DNA of 23,130 bases from Myxococcota bacterium (GTDB taxonomy: Bacteria > Myxococcota > JACRCW01), in assembly GCA_040752415.1 (NCBI GenBank), contig JBFMGU010000169.1:1-23130 (forward strand). The letters run 5' to 3'. Position 1 is the stretch's first letter. Every line of letters starts with the position of its first letter. A program made the translations under genes and the position numbers. The notes under the pieces were generated by a model, which searched no databases, had not been told where the DNA came from, and worked only from the letters and a program-made list of their open reading frames with translations. Below, piece by piece: positions 1-8,468 of the stretch.

Positions 1-2
1 CT

Positions 3-191
3 CTGGACGTCCACTTTGACCAAGACCAATCACGCATCCGCAAAGATCACGCGCCTGAGAACTTGGCCATCCTCAACCAGATTGCGCTGAACCTTCTCAA
101 ACAGGAAAAGACGAAAAAGATCGGCATTAAAGCCAAGCGGAAGCTCGCTGGCTGGGATGAGCCCTACCTCCTGAAGGTGCTTGGTGTTTAG
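3..191 (+). CDS. ISAs1-family transposase, C-terminal part (runs off window start)
   Basis: Frame 3 reads LDVHFDQDQSRIRKDHAPENLAILNQIALNLLKQEKTKKIGIKAKRKLAGWDEPYLLKVLGV*, matching the ISAs1 C-terminal pattern LDV.F.ED..RIR...APEN.A.L..IALNLL...KRK.AGWD..YL; not in the ORF track because it lacks a start. Confidence 0.9.
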   Translation: MDVHFDQDQSRIRKDHAPENLAILNQIALNLLKQEKTKKIGIKAKRKLAGWDEPYLLKVLGV

Positions 192-205
192 GTGCGATTG
201 CCCTG
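188..205 (+). mobile_element. ISAs1 right terminal inverted repeat
   Basis: ttaggtgcgattgccctg overlaps the transposase stop and ends in CCCTG, the reverse complement of the CAGGG terminus typical of ISAs1. Confidence 0.75.
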
Positions 206-400
206 GTCGCGACCCCCATTAGACAATGTGTTCACCGAGAACTGTTCCCCCACCGCGCCAATGGTGCCGGTGACCAGCAGCTCCGCGTTGAGTCCCTGGG
301 GCAGCTTGCCGCCGCAGTCCGGTTTCTCCGGCGGGCACGCCAGGGAATCCCGCACGGAGATTCCCGTCGAGACGAGCCAGTCGCGGTCGGCAAAGCCTGC
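206..400 (-). pseudogene. Degenerate fragment of a CsgG/FlgO/TolB-N-like domain protein, cut at the ISAs1 end
   Basis: RDSLACPPEKPDCGGKLPQGLNAELLVTGTIGAVGEQFSVN resembles the LGC..D..C..E.G.ALGA..LVTGSVG.VG..Y.VNL motif; frame runs into the IS end; boundaries approximate. Confidence 0.35.
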
Positions 401-527
401 TTCCGTGGTTCTCCATCCGACGTGGTTGAACGTCACACGGGGGCTGCGCCGCAGCCACACTGGTGACACACCAATTTCCGACGTGGCAGCGACCCGGTGA
501 ACGGGTACCCCGGCATTCCCTCTGCTG

Positions 528-543
528 AGCAAGCGGTGTGCCT
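528..543 (-). promoter_or_regulatory. Candidate sigma54 (-24/-12) promoter pointing out of the IS91-like element
   Basis: Minus strand AGGCACACCGCTTGCT = GG-N10-GC with GGCAC and TTGC consensus blocks. Confidence 0.4.
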
Positions 544-1676
544 CGCGTTCGCCACTGGCCGGAGCAGAGCGTGCTGTACGCGTGGTGCGGGAGCATCTCG
601 AGGAGTTCCTGCGCCAGGCGCGTGAGGAGCACGGCGGGCTGCCCGCTTTCGTGGAGAAGAACTTCCGCGCGTACCTGGCGTGCGGCATCCCCGAGCACGG
701 CTTCATCCGCGTGCACTGCGACGCCTGTGGCCACGACGACATCGTGGCGTTCTCGTGCAAGCGGCGCGGGTTGTGCCCGAGCTGTTCGGCCCGCGCGATG
801 GGGACGGCGCGGCGCACCTCGTGAGGGCGTGCTGCCGGATGCGCCGCTGCGGCAGTGGGTGGTGAGCTACCCGTTCGAGCTGATGGGGAGACTCGCCTTC
901 CAGCCAGAGCTGCTCTGTGCCGTCGAGCGGATCGTGATGGACGCGATCTCGCGGTTCCTTGCGCCACGGGGGACCCAGAGCGGCGGCGTGATGGTGCGTC
1001 ACAGATTCGGCGGGGCGGTGAACCTTCACGTGCATGCGCATTTGCTGGTCGTGGACGGTGGGTATCGCGAAGTGGACGGCAAGGTGCGCTTCGAAGGTGC
1101 GCGCGCGCTCTCGCGGGCGGACCTGGACGGGCTGGCGACGCAGATCCATCGGCGGCTGGTGCGACTGTGCCAGCGGCGCGGCGTCTTCAAGGCGAAGGAG
1201 GGCAACCAGGAGGAGCAGCTCGACGCGCTCGCGGCATGTGGGCGCGCTGCGTTGGCGTCGGGAGCGCGCGAGCGGAGAGGCCCGGCGCTCAGCCTCGCTG
1301 AGGAGGACGAGGTGGAGCACCCGAGCGGCGGAGGGGTGGGCCGCTGCGGGGGATTGAACGTGTACGCCTCACCGGTCATCGACGGGAATGACCGTGAAAC
1401 GCTCGAGCGCGTCTGCCGCTATCTGCTGCGCGGGCCAATCGCGCTCTTGCGGTTGCGGATGCGACCAGATGGCATGGTGGAGTACCGGATGAAGAAGGCC
1501 GATCGGCGGGGAAACACGGTGATGGTGATGCATCCCGTCGATCTGCTGATGCGCCTGTGCAGCCTCATTCCCGCACCCGGTCGCCCGACGAGGAAGTACT
1601 TCGGCGTGCTCGCGCCGCGCGCGAAGCTGCGTGCGGATATGGTGCCTCGGGTGACGGCGCGTGCGAAGGCGTCGCT
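538..1676 (+). pseudogene. IS91/ISCR-like (HUH, Y2_Tnp) transposase, 5' copy: frameshifted, C-terminally truncated
   Basis: Zn-binding region YLACG..HGFIRVHCDACG...FSCKRRGLCPSC (582..824 frame), RQWVVSYP, HUH motif NLHVHAH, LERVCRYLLRGP; three -1 shifts near 580, 803 and 824; homology stops at 1676 and the ORF tail to 1773 is read-through. Confidence 0.88.
1170..1676 (+). repeat. 507-bp direct repeat, copy 1
   Basis: Matches 4684..5190 except at 1302, 1421, 1513, 1638 and 1639. Confidence 0.97.
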
Positions 1677-2137
1677 ACTGTCACCAGCGTCGCGAAGACG
1701 CGGACTCGCCACCATCAGGCAAATCGGGAGCACCCAGGCAGCGATGAGTTCAGCGGACGCCACCTTCCCATGATGCCTACGCGTTTGGTTTGTCAGCGTC
1801 GGAATCGCGCACAACACAGCCAGCTTTGCGGTGGAGACCATTCGGAATTGGCCGAGTTGGATTCCGCTCATCCCGGTCGCCACGGAGTTGTTCATCGTCT
1901 GTGGAAGGTGGAACTCCAGCGCCTGGCCAACACACAGGCCTGACCATTCACGTGCTTCACTTCCGGCCGCGCACCATCGCGCGGGCAAGCACGTTCGCCG
2001 AGGAGGCGCACCACCACCGGGTTGCGTCGTCTTGCCACGTGCTGCTATCACGTCGTGCGTCCGGGCTGATGAGGGCCAGGAAGTCGTTCGCTCATGAGAT
2101 GATTTTCTATTCCATGGGGGTAGAATCAGGGCCCGGG

Positions 2138-2863
2138 TCACTTCGCGGGTAGCGGCGGGAGGATCGCCTCCGCGCGATCACGGTTCGTCACGAGCGACCA
2201 GATCTCGTCGGCGACGGTGTCGGGCGAGATGACCGGGAACGCGAGGGGCTGTCCGCTGGCCGTCATGATGCGGTGCCCCGCAGACCGCTCGATGAGCGCG
2301 CCGATGGTTACCGTGCCGGCATAGACACCCTTGTCCTTGGCCTCGGCGTTGAGCGTGAAGACGAAGTTGCGCGCCGCCGCCATCACGGGACCGACGCCGC
2401 TCATGCCCGGCATGGTGTGCACGGCCGTGAGCCCGCCGCCCAGGACGAATGCGCCATCGCCGCGGGCGACCATGCCCGGAACGACGGCGTGAGCCACCTC
2501 GATCGGCGCGAACAGGAGCAGCTCCGCAAGGTGGCGCAGCTTGGCGGCGTCTAGATCCAGTGCGGGTATGAAGCCAACGTCCGGCGTCACCGGCGCGTAG
2601 CACGCGACATCGATCGGACCGAAGTTGTCTACGATGGAACGTACGAGCGCGGGGATGCCCGCAATGTCGGTCAGGTCGAACGGGAACGCCTGGGCTTCGA
2701 CGCCGGCCTTGGCGAGCTCGACGACGAGTTCCTGGAGGGGAGCCGCGCGGCGGGCGACGAGGGCGACGCGGTAGCCCTCGCGGCCGAACCGCGTGGCAAC
2801 GGAGGTGCCGAGGCCGGTGCCGGCCCCGAAGATCGCGATGGTCTTCTTCGTGTGGTTGGTCAT
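2138..2863 (-). CDS. Short-chain dehydrogenase/reductase (SDR)
   Basis: MTNHTKKTIAIFGAGTGLGTSVATRFGREGYRVALVARR Rossmann start, DLTD, GPIDV; start placed at ATG 2863 because the longer ORF start (2935) overlaps the divergent regulator. Confidence 0.9.
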   Translation of the reverse strand: MTNHTKKTIAIFGAGTGLGTSVATRFGREGYRVALVARRAAPLQELVVELAKAGVEAQAFPFDLTDIAGIPALVRSIVDNFGPIDVACYAPVTPDVGFIPALDLDAAKLRHLAELLLFAPIEVAHAVVPGMVARGDGAFVLGGGLTAVHTMPGMSGVGPVMAAARNFVFTLNAEAKDKGVYAGTVTIGALIERSAGHRIMTASGQPLAFPVISPDTVADEIWSLVTNRDRAEAILPPLPAK

Positions 2864-2901
2864 GCCAGCGTTCGTAACGCGTGAACTCTCTTTTCGGAAG
2901 T

Positions 2902-2919
2902 ACGCACCTTTTGGTAAGT
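2902..2919. promoter_or_regulatory. Putative HxlR/QorR-type operator between divergent SDR and HxlR genes
   Basis: Imperfect palindrome ACGCACC-TTTT-GGTAAGT in an AT-rich 64-bp divergent gap. Confidence 0.5.
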
Positions 2920-2927
2920 GTAAATTC

Positions 2928-3305
2928 ATGGCCACGCTGACTGACCTGCTCGGGGAGTCCTACTCGCCCGACTGCCCCGGACGAGGCATTCTCAACCACG
3001 TCGTGTCGAAGTGGGGGACGCTCATCATGCTCGCGCTACACGACCGCACCTACCGGTACGCGGAGCTACGTCGGTGCGTTGGCGGCGTGAGCGAGAAGAT
3101 GCTCGCGCAGACTCTGCGAACGCTGGAGGAGGACGGGTTCGTCCTGCGGCGCGACTTCGGCGAGGTCCCTCCGCGCGTCGAGTACGAGCTGACGCCGATG
3201 GGGCGGGAGCTGGCCAAGCACATCGCGGCGCTCGGCAGGTGGATCGCGACCAACACGCCGAAGGTGCTCGCCGCGAGAGAGAAGTACCGGCGCGTCACGA
3301 GATAG
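2928..3305 (+). CDS. HxlR-family winged-helix transcriptional regulator
   Basis: DCPGRGILNHVVSKW, RYAELRR, GVSEKMLAQTLRTLEEDG, VPPRVEYELTPMG; conserved N-terminal Cys. Confidence 0.93.
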   Translation: MATLTDLLGESYSPDCPGRGILNHVVSKWGTLIMLALHDRTYRYAELRRCVGGVSEKMLAQTLRTLEEDGFVLRRDFGEVPPRVEYELTPMGRELAKHIAALGRWIATNTPKVLAAREKYRRVTR

Positions 3306-3396
3306 CACGGCGTGGTCCGAAGTCACCGCTCCAACGACACGTCCACCGCCGTCGTGGTTTCGCGTTCGCACACCCGCACTTGTAGCGTTCGGACAA

Positions 3397-3519
3397 AGCG
3401 ACCTCCACGCGCTCACCCGCAAGCGGTGCGGGGAGACAATGACGCCGCTCGCGGAAATCACGGACGCCGACGAAGTGGCGCGCTACCTGACCATGTCGGC
3501 GAGGGAGCCTCCTGGCTGA
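3397..3519 (+). pseudogene. Diverged remnant of an IS91-like transposase C-terminus
   Basis: DLHALTRKRCGETMTPLAEITDADEVARYL..AREPPG* aligns without gaps over 30 aa to DIDALVCPRCEARMRAIAVIEDAEAIRRYL..ARGPP of the 4684..5413 copy. Confidence 0.7.
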
Positions 3520-3606
3520 GCCGGACCGCCAGAGACGGTTGCGTGACCATTACCGGGACCCAGTAGCCGGACACCGGGCCCCTCGGTGGCGTTCGTGCCC
3601 TGCCCC

Positions 3607-3625
3607 AAGAACGCCCACAAGCCAC
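3607..3625 (+). repeat. 19-bp exact direct repeat, copy 1
   Basis: aagaacgcccacaagccac, identical at 4031..4049. Confidence 0.9.
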
Positions 3626-4030
3626 GACGGCACCGCCCCGTCCCAGGCCTGGGGATGACAGGCCACGGTACGGCAGCGGCACGTCGACTCCGCCCGGGAG
3701 AACCCGGCAAACGCTTCCCGCAAACGCTTGTGCTCAAACTCCAGCGCCGCGTGCGCCAGGCCTTCAACGATGCGTATGGCTTCATCATCCGGCCGTAGCG
3801 CCGGAATCCGCAGCCAATGAGCCCGTTGTCATGAGGCCACACCGTGCCCAAGCTGATAGCCAATTGAATCAAACGTGCGCGGGAGGAACGGCTGTGCGGT
3901 GGAGTCACAGGGCGCGACGCGGCTGTCTCGGTGGGCGTGGGCCGGGAGCTACTCGGTGACTCAGAGTCCGGGAAAGGAGCTCGCCTGTCGCAAAGCGGTA
4001 TACCGTCGTCACGAGTGCGTCACCGTCCGG

Positions 4031-4049
4031 AAGAACGCCCACAAGCCAC
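4031..4049 (+). repeat. 19-bp exact direct repeat, copy 2
   Basis: Identical to 3607..3625; both are followed by tgtgctcaaac (3729..3739 and 4085..4095). Confidence 0.9.
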
Positions 4050-4294
4050 CCGCGGCCTCGTGACAATCCCGGAGAGCCCTTCCCTGTGCTCAAACCAAGG
4101 CGCGCCCACCCCCCATGGACCTTTCCGCACTCGCCTTGTCCAGATGGCTCACCAGATGCTCAACCACTCTGGCGTCCTGCCGCTCTCGGGTCTTCTCGCG
4201 CGAAGTCATGTCGAACCCGCGGCGCACGGAGTGCCTCAGATTGACACAGCGTGGTCCTCCGCTTTCGAGCGAGGGGCCTTTGATTGCGGCCCCT

Positions 4295-4683
4295 CTAGAT
4301 GCCCCCCGTCGTCGAGCGGTGCACGCCCCTGGCGGAAACGACGTACACCGTCGATGGGTTCGTCGGGTCAAACACCAGCGAGCCCGCCCAGGCGTTCTCC
4401 GAGAATGGGTCGCCGATCTCCGTCCACGAGGCGCCAGCTTGTTCACTCACGAACAAGCCATTCGCCCCGCCCACAAACACCCGCAGCGATGGGGTGTTGG
4501 CCGGGGCGATGCTGAAAATGATGCCGGCGGAGGGACCCAGTTGGCGCTGCAGCGCAGAAGCCGGATCGCCACGGTAAACGGCGGTGTTCGACGCTGCGTA
4601 CAAGAGATCAGGGGCGCTCGCTGAAATGGCAAGCAGCTGGATATCCGCCGCCGACGGCACGAGCACCACAGGATGCCAGTTGT
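4295..4683 (-). pseudogene. 5'-truncated BNR/Asp-box beta-propeller (VPS10/YCF48-like) fragment
   Basis: GLFVSEQAGASWTEI, LVFDPTNPSTVYV, GVHRSTTGG Asp-box motifs; frame abuts the transposase repeat at 4683/4684. Confidence 0.75.
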
Positions 4684-5413
4684 CCAGCGGCGCGGCGTCT
4701 TCAAGGCGAAGGAGGGCAACCAGGAGGAGCAGCTCGACGCGCTCGCGGCATGTGGGCGCGCTGCGTTGGCGTCGGGAGCGCGCGAGCGGAGAGGCCCGGC
4801 GCTCAGCCTCGCTGACGAGGACGAGGTGGAGCACCCGAGCGGCGGAGGGGTGGGCCGCTGCGGGGGATTGAACGTGTACGCCTCACCGGTCATCGACGGG
4901 AATGACCGTGAAACGCTCGAGCGCGTCTGCCGCTCTCTGCTGCGCGGGCCAATCGCGCTCTTGCGGTTGCGGATGCGACCAGATGGCATGGTGGAGTACC
5001 GGATGAAGAAGGCCGATCGGCGGGGAGACACGGTGATGGTGATGCATCCCGTCGATCTGCTGATGCGCCTGTGCAGCCTCATTCCCGCACCCGGTCGCCC
5101 GACGAGGAAGTACTTCGGCGTGCTCGCGCCGCGCGCGAAGCTGCGTGCGGAGGTGGTGCCTCGGGTGACGGCGCGTGCGAAGGCGTCGCTCCATGAAGGT
5201 GAACACGACCTCGCCGCCAAGTACACGCTGCCCAGGGCCGAGCTGCGCAAGCGCGTGTGGGACATCGACGCGCTCGTCTGCCCGCGCTGTGAAGCCAGAA
5301 TGCGCGCGATTGCCGTCATCGAGGACGCGGAGGCAATCCGGCGTTACCTGGGTCACACCGGCGAGACCACGGTGTACGAGCAGGCGCGGGGACCGCCTGA
5401 TCTCGCGGCCTGA
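4684..5413 (+). pseudogene. IS91/ISCR-like transposase, 3' copy: lacks Zn-binding and HUH regions, keeps native C-terminus
   Basis: Repeat of 1170..1676, then RVWDIDALVCPRCEARMRAIAVIED...ARGPP; conserved CRY Tyr codon changed TAT->TCT at 4934..4936. Confidence 0.88.
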
Positions 5414-5890
5414 CCCGCGCCTGTGAGCCAGGTAGCCAGCGCGCTGCCCGGGCATGCCCTTGCGCGATGGCAACGCGCCGCAGCAGGCTCAAGAGGTGTG
5501 CGCCGCTCCTCCTTCGTCGGTCGCTGTCTGGGCCCACCGGACGCACCCGCCGGCGCCTTCTGGAGGGGCAGGGCGGGGCTGTGCCGGATTCTCACTGTCA
5601 CACCCGGTTTCTCTTCCTACCCGTCAACCTCAAGGCGTTATGCGCCACAGCAAGGTCCACGCCAGGACACGGGAGTGCACCGGAGTCCACCCGGTTTTGG
5701 ACAAGTTTTGGAAAATACTCCGCAGGCCGGAATCCGCTTGCGAGCCAGGGCATTGGCGCAGCCTCTGGGTCTGCGAAAACCGGGCCGCGCAGGCTTGTGA
5801 GCCAACCGGACCAGGTTCCCCACGCTCAGCAAGGCGTGGAATTCCCGTCGCCACTAGCGCCCGCTCCCGTTCTGAATCTGAAGCCTTGTA

Positions 5891-6766
5891 TCAGTGGCGC
5901 GGTGGCGCGATGCAGGCACCGCCATCCACTGCCATGTACATCTCAGTCGGCGCCACGTCGATGAAACCGCGGTCCGTGCTTCGGTAGCCTCTCGCCTTCA
6001 TGTCCTGTCGCGCCCGTTCTGCCGCTGTGCGGAGATCGTTCAGCTTCACGCAGGCGCATCCACCGCCCGCTGCCCGGACGTCAGAGGGGCACTTGGGAAT
6101 GAAGTACGTACCCACCACAACGTCCGAGTAGGTGTCCGGAAGGTTCGTGATGCACGACACGCCATCCTGGGTTTCAACGGGAAAGAGTTCCGCGTCGAAC
6201 ACCACGACTTGGGAAGGGTCCGCAAATTGGAGACAGTCGGGACATGGGTCGATGCCACAATCAGTCCGCAGATCAATTTCATAACGGTTCAGGTACACCG
6301 GGGACTTTGCGAGCGACGTCCCAAGCTTGATGATCACTTCATCGCCGGGCACGAGCGGCGAGTAATCCACGCGGATCGGAAACAATATCAACGAGGGGGC
6401 GGCGTCGCTGACGAAGCTCTCGAGGGGAGTAATCTCCATAACGCCCGCGCGATTGGCGCAGCCATTTTGAGCCCAGTCTGAGCATTCCACCCCGCCAGCA
6501 CAATCGGGGTCGTCCTGGGTATGCGACGCGGTACGTTCACAACCCCGGCAATCACCTAGCGCGCACCGAAGTCGAGGGCTGGGCGTGCACTCCCTTATCG
6601 TCATAATCCGCCCTCGAAAGTAGTCGGAGTTCTCCGACGCCATGTTGGCGACTTCGCGTTCATGCCAAGGACTGACTTGCTCGCCGGTTGTCGACTGTAC
6701 ACAGCCAATCGCCAGAGCCAGATAAGCGAAAAAGGCCCTTCGGAAGTCGTCGGCGTTCATCTTCAC
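5891..6766 (-). CDS. Cys-rich hypothetical lipoprotein
   Basis: 291-aa ORF, RBS-like GAGAGGAG before GTG, signal ending in lipobox LAIGC, many Cys; visibly lower GC than the core genes. Confidence 0.7.
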   Translation of the reverse strand: MKMNADDFRRAFFAYLALAIGCVQSTTGEQVSPWHEREVANMASENSDYFRGRIMTIRECTPSPRLRCALGDCRGCERTASHTQDDPDCAGGVECSDWAQNGCANRAGVMEITPLESFVSDAAPSLILFPIRVDYSPLVPGDEVIIKLGTSLAKSPVYLNRYEIDLRTDCGIDPCPDCLQFADPSQVVVFDAELFPVETQDGVSCITNLPDTYSDVVVGTYFIPKCPSDVRAAGGGCACVKLNDLRTAAERARQDMKARGYRSTDRGFIDVAPTEMYMAVDGGACIAPPRH

Positions 6767-6773
6767 GCTCCTC

Positions 6774-7190
6774 TCACCAACATCCTGGAATGGCTTGCAT
6801 CATGGGTAGGAGATAATGCCCGGAAACCTCAACGTAATCCCCGTCGACGCCACCAAAGAAATCGCGACACCCCGGCGGGATGCCAGTATCTGGCATGTTG
6901 AAGTTGACGGGGACGCCATCCGCCGCTGTGAGATCAAAGGGAGTGGTGCTTGTCGATAAGAATATGCCGGTATTTGATTGCTCGGGGTGCGCCGCGAGTC
7001 GCTTCTGAAATGCCAGCACGACCTGCGGCGTGGCTGACGTCAGATCGCTCGGCGGGTTGTTCTCAAAGTCCGACATTCCCGTGATGGCCGGCCCGTTCGC
7101 CTGGGAAGTGTGGCACTCGGTCATTTGCACCGGAATATCGTCAGCGGAGGTATTTCTCACACCCGTTTCCTCTTCCCACCCGTCCGCTCG
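6774..7190 (-). pseudogene. 3' part of a hypothetical gene upstream of the lipoprotein, 5' end replaced by IS66 sequence
   Basis: Protein-like tail ...GCRDFFGGVDGDYVEVSGHYLLPMMQAIPGCW* ends 7 bp before the 6766 start; the upstream part of the ORF is an off-frame read of IS66; junction approximate. Confidence 0.5.
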
Positions 7191-7194
7191 TCGC

Positions 7195-7500
7195 GCCCCT
7201 CCGGGTGGTGCGAAGCTTGATCTCTGGAGGAAGGTCCGTGACGTCCTGTGGCGGAAGGTCCACGACGTCCTCCACCGGCTCACCGCAGCAAGGACACCTG
7301 TCCAGAGGAACCTGGACCTCCTCATCCACGGTTGTGGGCGCGGCGCGATTGGCAGGCGAGTGACCTGGCTTGCGACCGGGCTTGCGCCGGACGGCCACGC
7401 GTTTCCTGCGCCGGAAGGGAGCCGCTTGGCGTTTGCCTTCTCGCCGGGCCTCTTCGAGTTGTGCCTTCAGTTCCTCAACCTGTTCCTCGGCCTGCAACGC
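7195..7500 (-). mobile_element. IS66-family transposase (TnpC) N-terminal fragment
   Basis: Coiled coil EEQVEELKAQLEEARREGKRQAAPFRR, RKPGRKPGH, VDEEVQVPLDRCPCCG, DLPP; no DDE domain and no IS ends seen. Confidence 0.8.
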
Positions 7501-7592
7501 ACGCGCACGGCCGTGCCGCTCCCGTACTCCAGCTCGACGTGGTGGTCGCCGGTGGTATCCGCGGTGGACCAGCCCGTCGCGGTCGGTTTCAT
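7467..7592 (-). pseudogene. 5' stub of a gene downstream of EVE, fused to the IS66 fragment
   Basis: ATG 2 bp after the EVE stop; MKPTATGWSTADTTGDHHVELEYGSGTAVRVR has strong GC3 bias until ~7500, where IS66 sequence begins. Confidence 0.5.
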
Positions 7593-7594
7593 GG

Positions 7595-8077
<483 letters not shown>

Positions 8078-8164
8078 GCGCGCAGCGTAGCAGAAGACCT
8101 GCTTGGAGCATGTTGGGGCTGCGTCAGAACAATTTGGACACGTGGTCCCCGACCGCGTCCATCG

Positions 8165-8358
8165 GACCACGACCGGGAGTGCGGCGGGCCCTCGCCGCCC
8201 TGGCCGGCGCCGAGCGCGTCTACCGCGGGTCGAACAGCCCTGGGACTCCATGACGTCGGGCGAGGCGTGGTCTCGGGGCGCGTGGAGCCTTGACGGTTGT
8301 CCAAGCCGCGCGACCCTGACCAGGGCGGCGAGGGCCCGCCGCACTCCAGGTCGTGGTC
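8165..8358. repeat. REPIN/MITE-like element with 41-bp inverted arms
   Basis: 8165..8205 and 8318..8358 are reverse complements with 2 mismatches; each arm holds GGAG-T-GCGGCG-GGCCCT-CGCCGC. Confidence 0.9.
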
Positions 8359-8450
8359 ACTTTGCGCCTGCTTCACCACCAGCGCGGTTCGGCAGCCCCG
8401 ACATGGTTCACGTCGTCAATCGTCGTGGCTTGCCGCGCGCCACGGTCGAC
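8357..8450 (+). repeat. Dispersed intergenic repeat, copy A
   Basis: Core 8384..8418 matches 14985..15019 at 33/35; flanks also align. Confidence 0.85.
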
Positions 8451-8468
8451 GTGGTATCCACGCCGACC

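Noticed and set aside
538..1773. Intact 411-aa transposase as given by the ORF track
   Set aside because: Chimeric frame: part of the N-terminal region is off-frame and 1677..1773 is unrelated read-through
2095..2115. Second oriIS-like end (gatgattttctattcc)
   Set aside because: Only a loose resemblance, with no supporting transposase tail
1677..2137. Gene at the left edge of the cargo
   Set aside because: No frame has a recognisable motif or clear codon bias; left uncalled
3600..4100. CRISPR array or integron attC sites from the 19-bp repeats
   Set aside because: Only two copies 424 bp apart, no regular spacers, no RYYYAAC/GTTRRRY pair, no cas or intI gene
5830..5860. tRNA 3'-end att site (gaattcccgtcgccact)
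   Set aside because: No GTTCRA T-loop, no CCA end, no integrase nearby
7229..7272. Short tandem duplication in the IS66 fragment (DVVDLPP/DVTDLPP)
   Set aside because: Ordinary local coding repeat
8380..8450. RAYT N-terminal relic (MVHVVNRRGLP)
   Set aside because: Frame is not preserved among the repeat copies and the match is too short to support
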